NCBI GenBank assembly: GCA_041603795.1
Contig: JBFIDQ010000001.1
Span: forward strand, 1-42,211
Source: Chlamydiales bacterium
GTDB taxonomy: Bacteria; Chlamydiota; Chlamydiia; Chlamydiales; JBFIDQ01
Direction of reading: 5' to 3'
Length of the DNA stretch: 42,211 nt
Part shown: positions 41,807 to 42,211 of the stretch, one piece after another
Layout of the letters: each line of letters begins with the position of its first letter
Position numbering within the stretch: the first letter of the stretch is position 1
Program-made: the position numbers and the translations under genes
Notes under the pieces: generated by a model
The model's input: the letters and a program-made list of their open reading frames with translations, nothing else
Told to the model about the DNA's origin: nothing
Database searches by the model: none

Positions 41807-42211
41807 TGCTATCTCCGTCGAGCAGGGCCATGATGGCGGCAGGGATTTTGGTTGTCGTGCCCAGACGGAAATGCTCGTCAACAATTTCCTGCACATCCTC
41901 CCGCGACGGCCTCACGCACAACGTTTCACCGGGGCGGGGGATAGGGAAGTGGACGCTATCCCCTCCAAAGTCGTGAATGTAGTTCGCAGCTTCAAGTGGC
42001 TCTTTGAACCACGCAAACGAATCTGAGCCCCACACCGCATATCCATACTGCCGCGCGGGTTTTGGTGGGGTGAGGTTGGGCGCGCCTTCGCAATCTCCAG
42101 ATACGTATTTGCCGTCCGCCTCCCAACTTGTCTGCCACTTCATGCCATCATATTCAACATACCCGCATGGATCGCCAGTTCCATCGATAAACAAAACCGT
42201 GGCGGTAGTGC
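41799..42211 (-). CDS. hypothetical protein, C-terminal part (ORF enters from the right edge)
   Basis: The frame stays open upstream of the track TTG start at 42194, all the way to position 42211. It is in frame with the ORF at 238..2 if the ends are joined. Confidence 0.55.
   Translation of the reverse strand, partial: TTATVLFIDGTGDPCGYVEYDGMKWQTSWEADGKYVSGDCEGAPNLTPPKPARQYGYAVWGSDSFAWFKEPLEAANYIHDFGGDSVHFPIPRPGETLCVRPSREDVQEIVDEHFRLGTTTKIPAAIMALLDGDSNE

Overview
The window reads as a densely packed tailed-phage genome. Its two ends fall inside one continuous minus-strand ORF, so it is probably a complete, circularly closed or permuted assembly. Four transcription blocks are visible. (1) A leftward early block runs 6301->1 and, across the junction, 42211->39658. 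It is driven by a consensus sigma70 promoter and encodes a pentapeptide-repeat protein, a Dam-type N6-adenine methyltransferase, a class II ribonucleotide reductase split by a LAGLIDADG intein, an HNH-AP2 homing endonuclease, a DnaB helicase and a MazG-like pyrophosphohydrolase. (2) A rightward early block (6757-11735) follows two duplicated sigma70 promoters that bracket about 200 nt of structured non-coding sequence. It encodes a NinG-like nuclease, a GH108 muramidase, a metallophosphoesterase and a glycine-zipper repeat protein. (3) A reverse-oriented cassette (14928->12090) has its own promoter and terminator and encodes a C5-methyltransferase-like protein, a Cys-rich protein and several small acidic or zinc-ribbon proteins. 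(4) A long rightward late block (15024-39593) encodes terS, a membrane/lysis cluster with an overlapped spanin-like pair, fibre-like proteins, a six-gene glycan-modification cluster, terL, portal, scaffold, major capsid and a T7-like tail, internal-core and fibre series. All product calls come from motifs read in the translations and from my memory of the families. No database search was run. No tRNA, rRNA, CRISPR array, integrase, DNA polymerase or phage RNA polymerase was recognised. The most unusual items are listed here. The intein has Pro at position 1 and a block-F Cys. A structured RNA candidate lies between the twin promoters. The late-operon glycan cluster includes an LpxA-like gene with no canonical start codon. 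The reverse methyltransferase/Cys-rich cassette looks autonomous. Helically phased CCATGC repeats lie next to terS.
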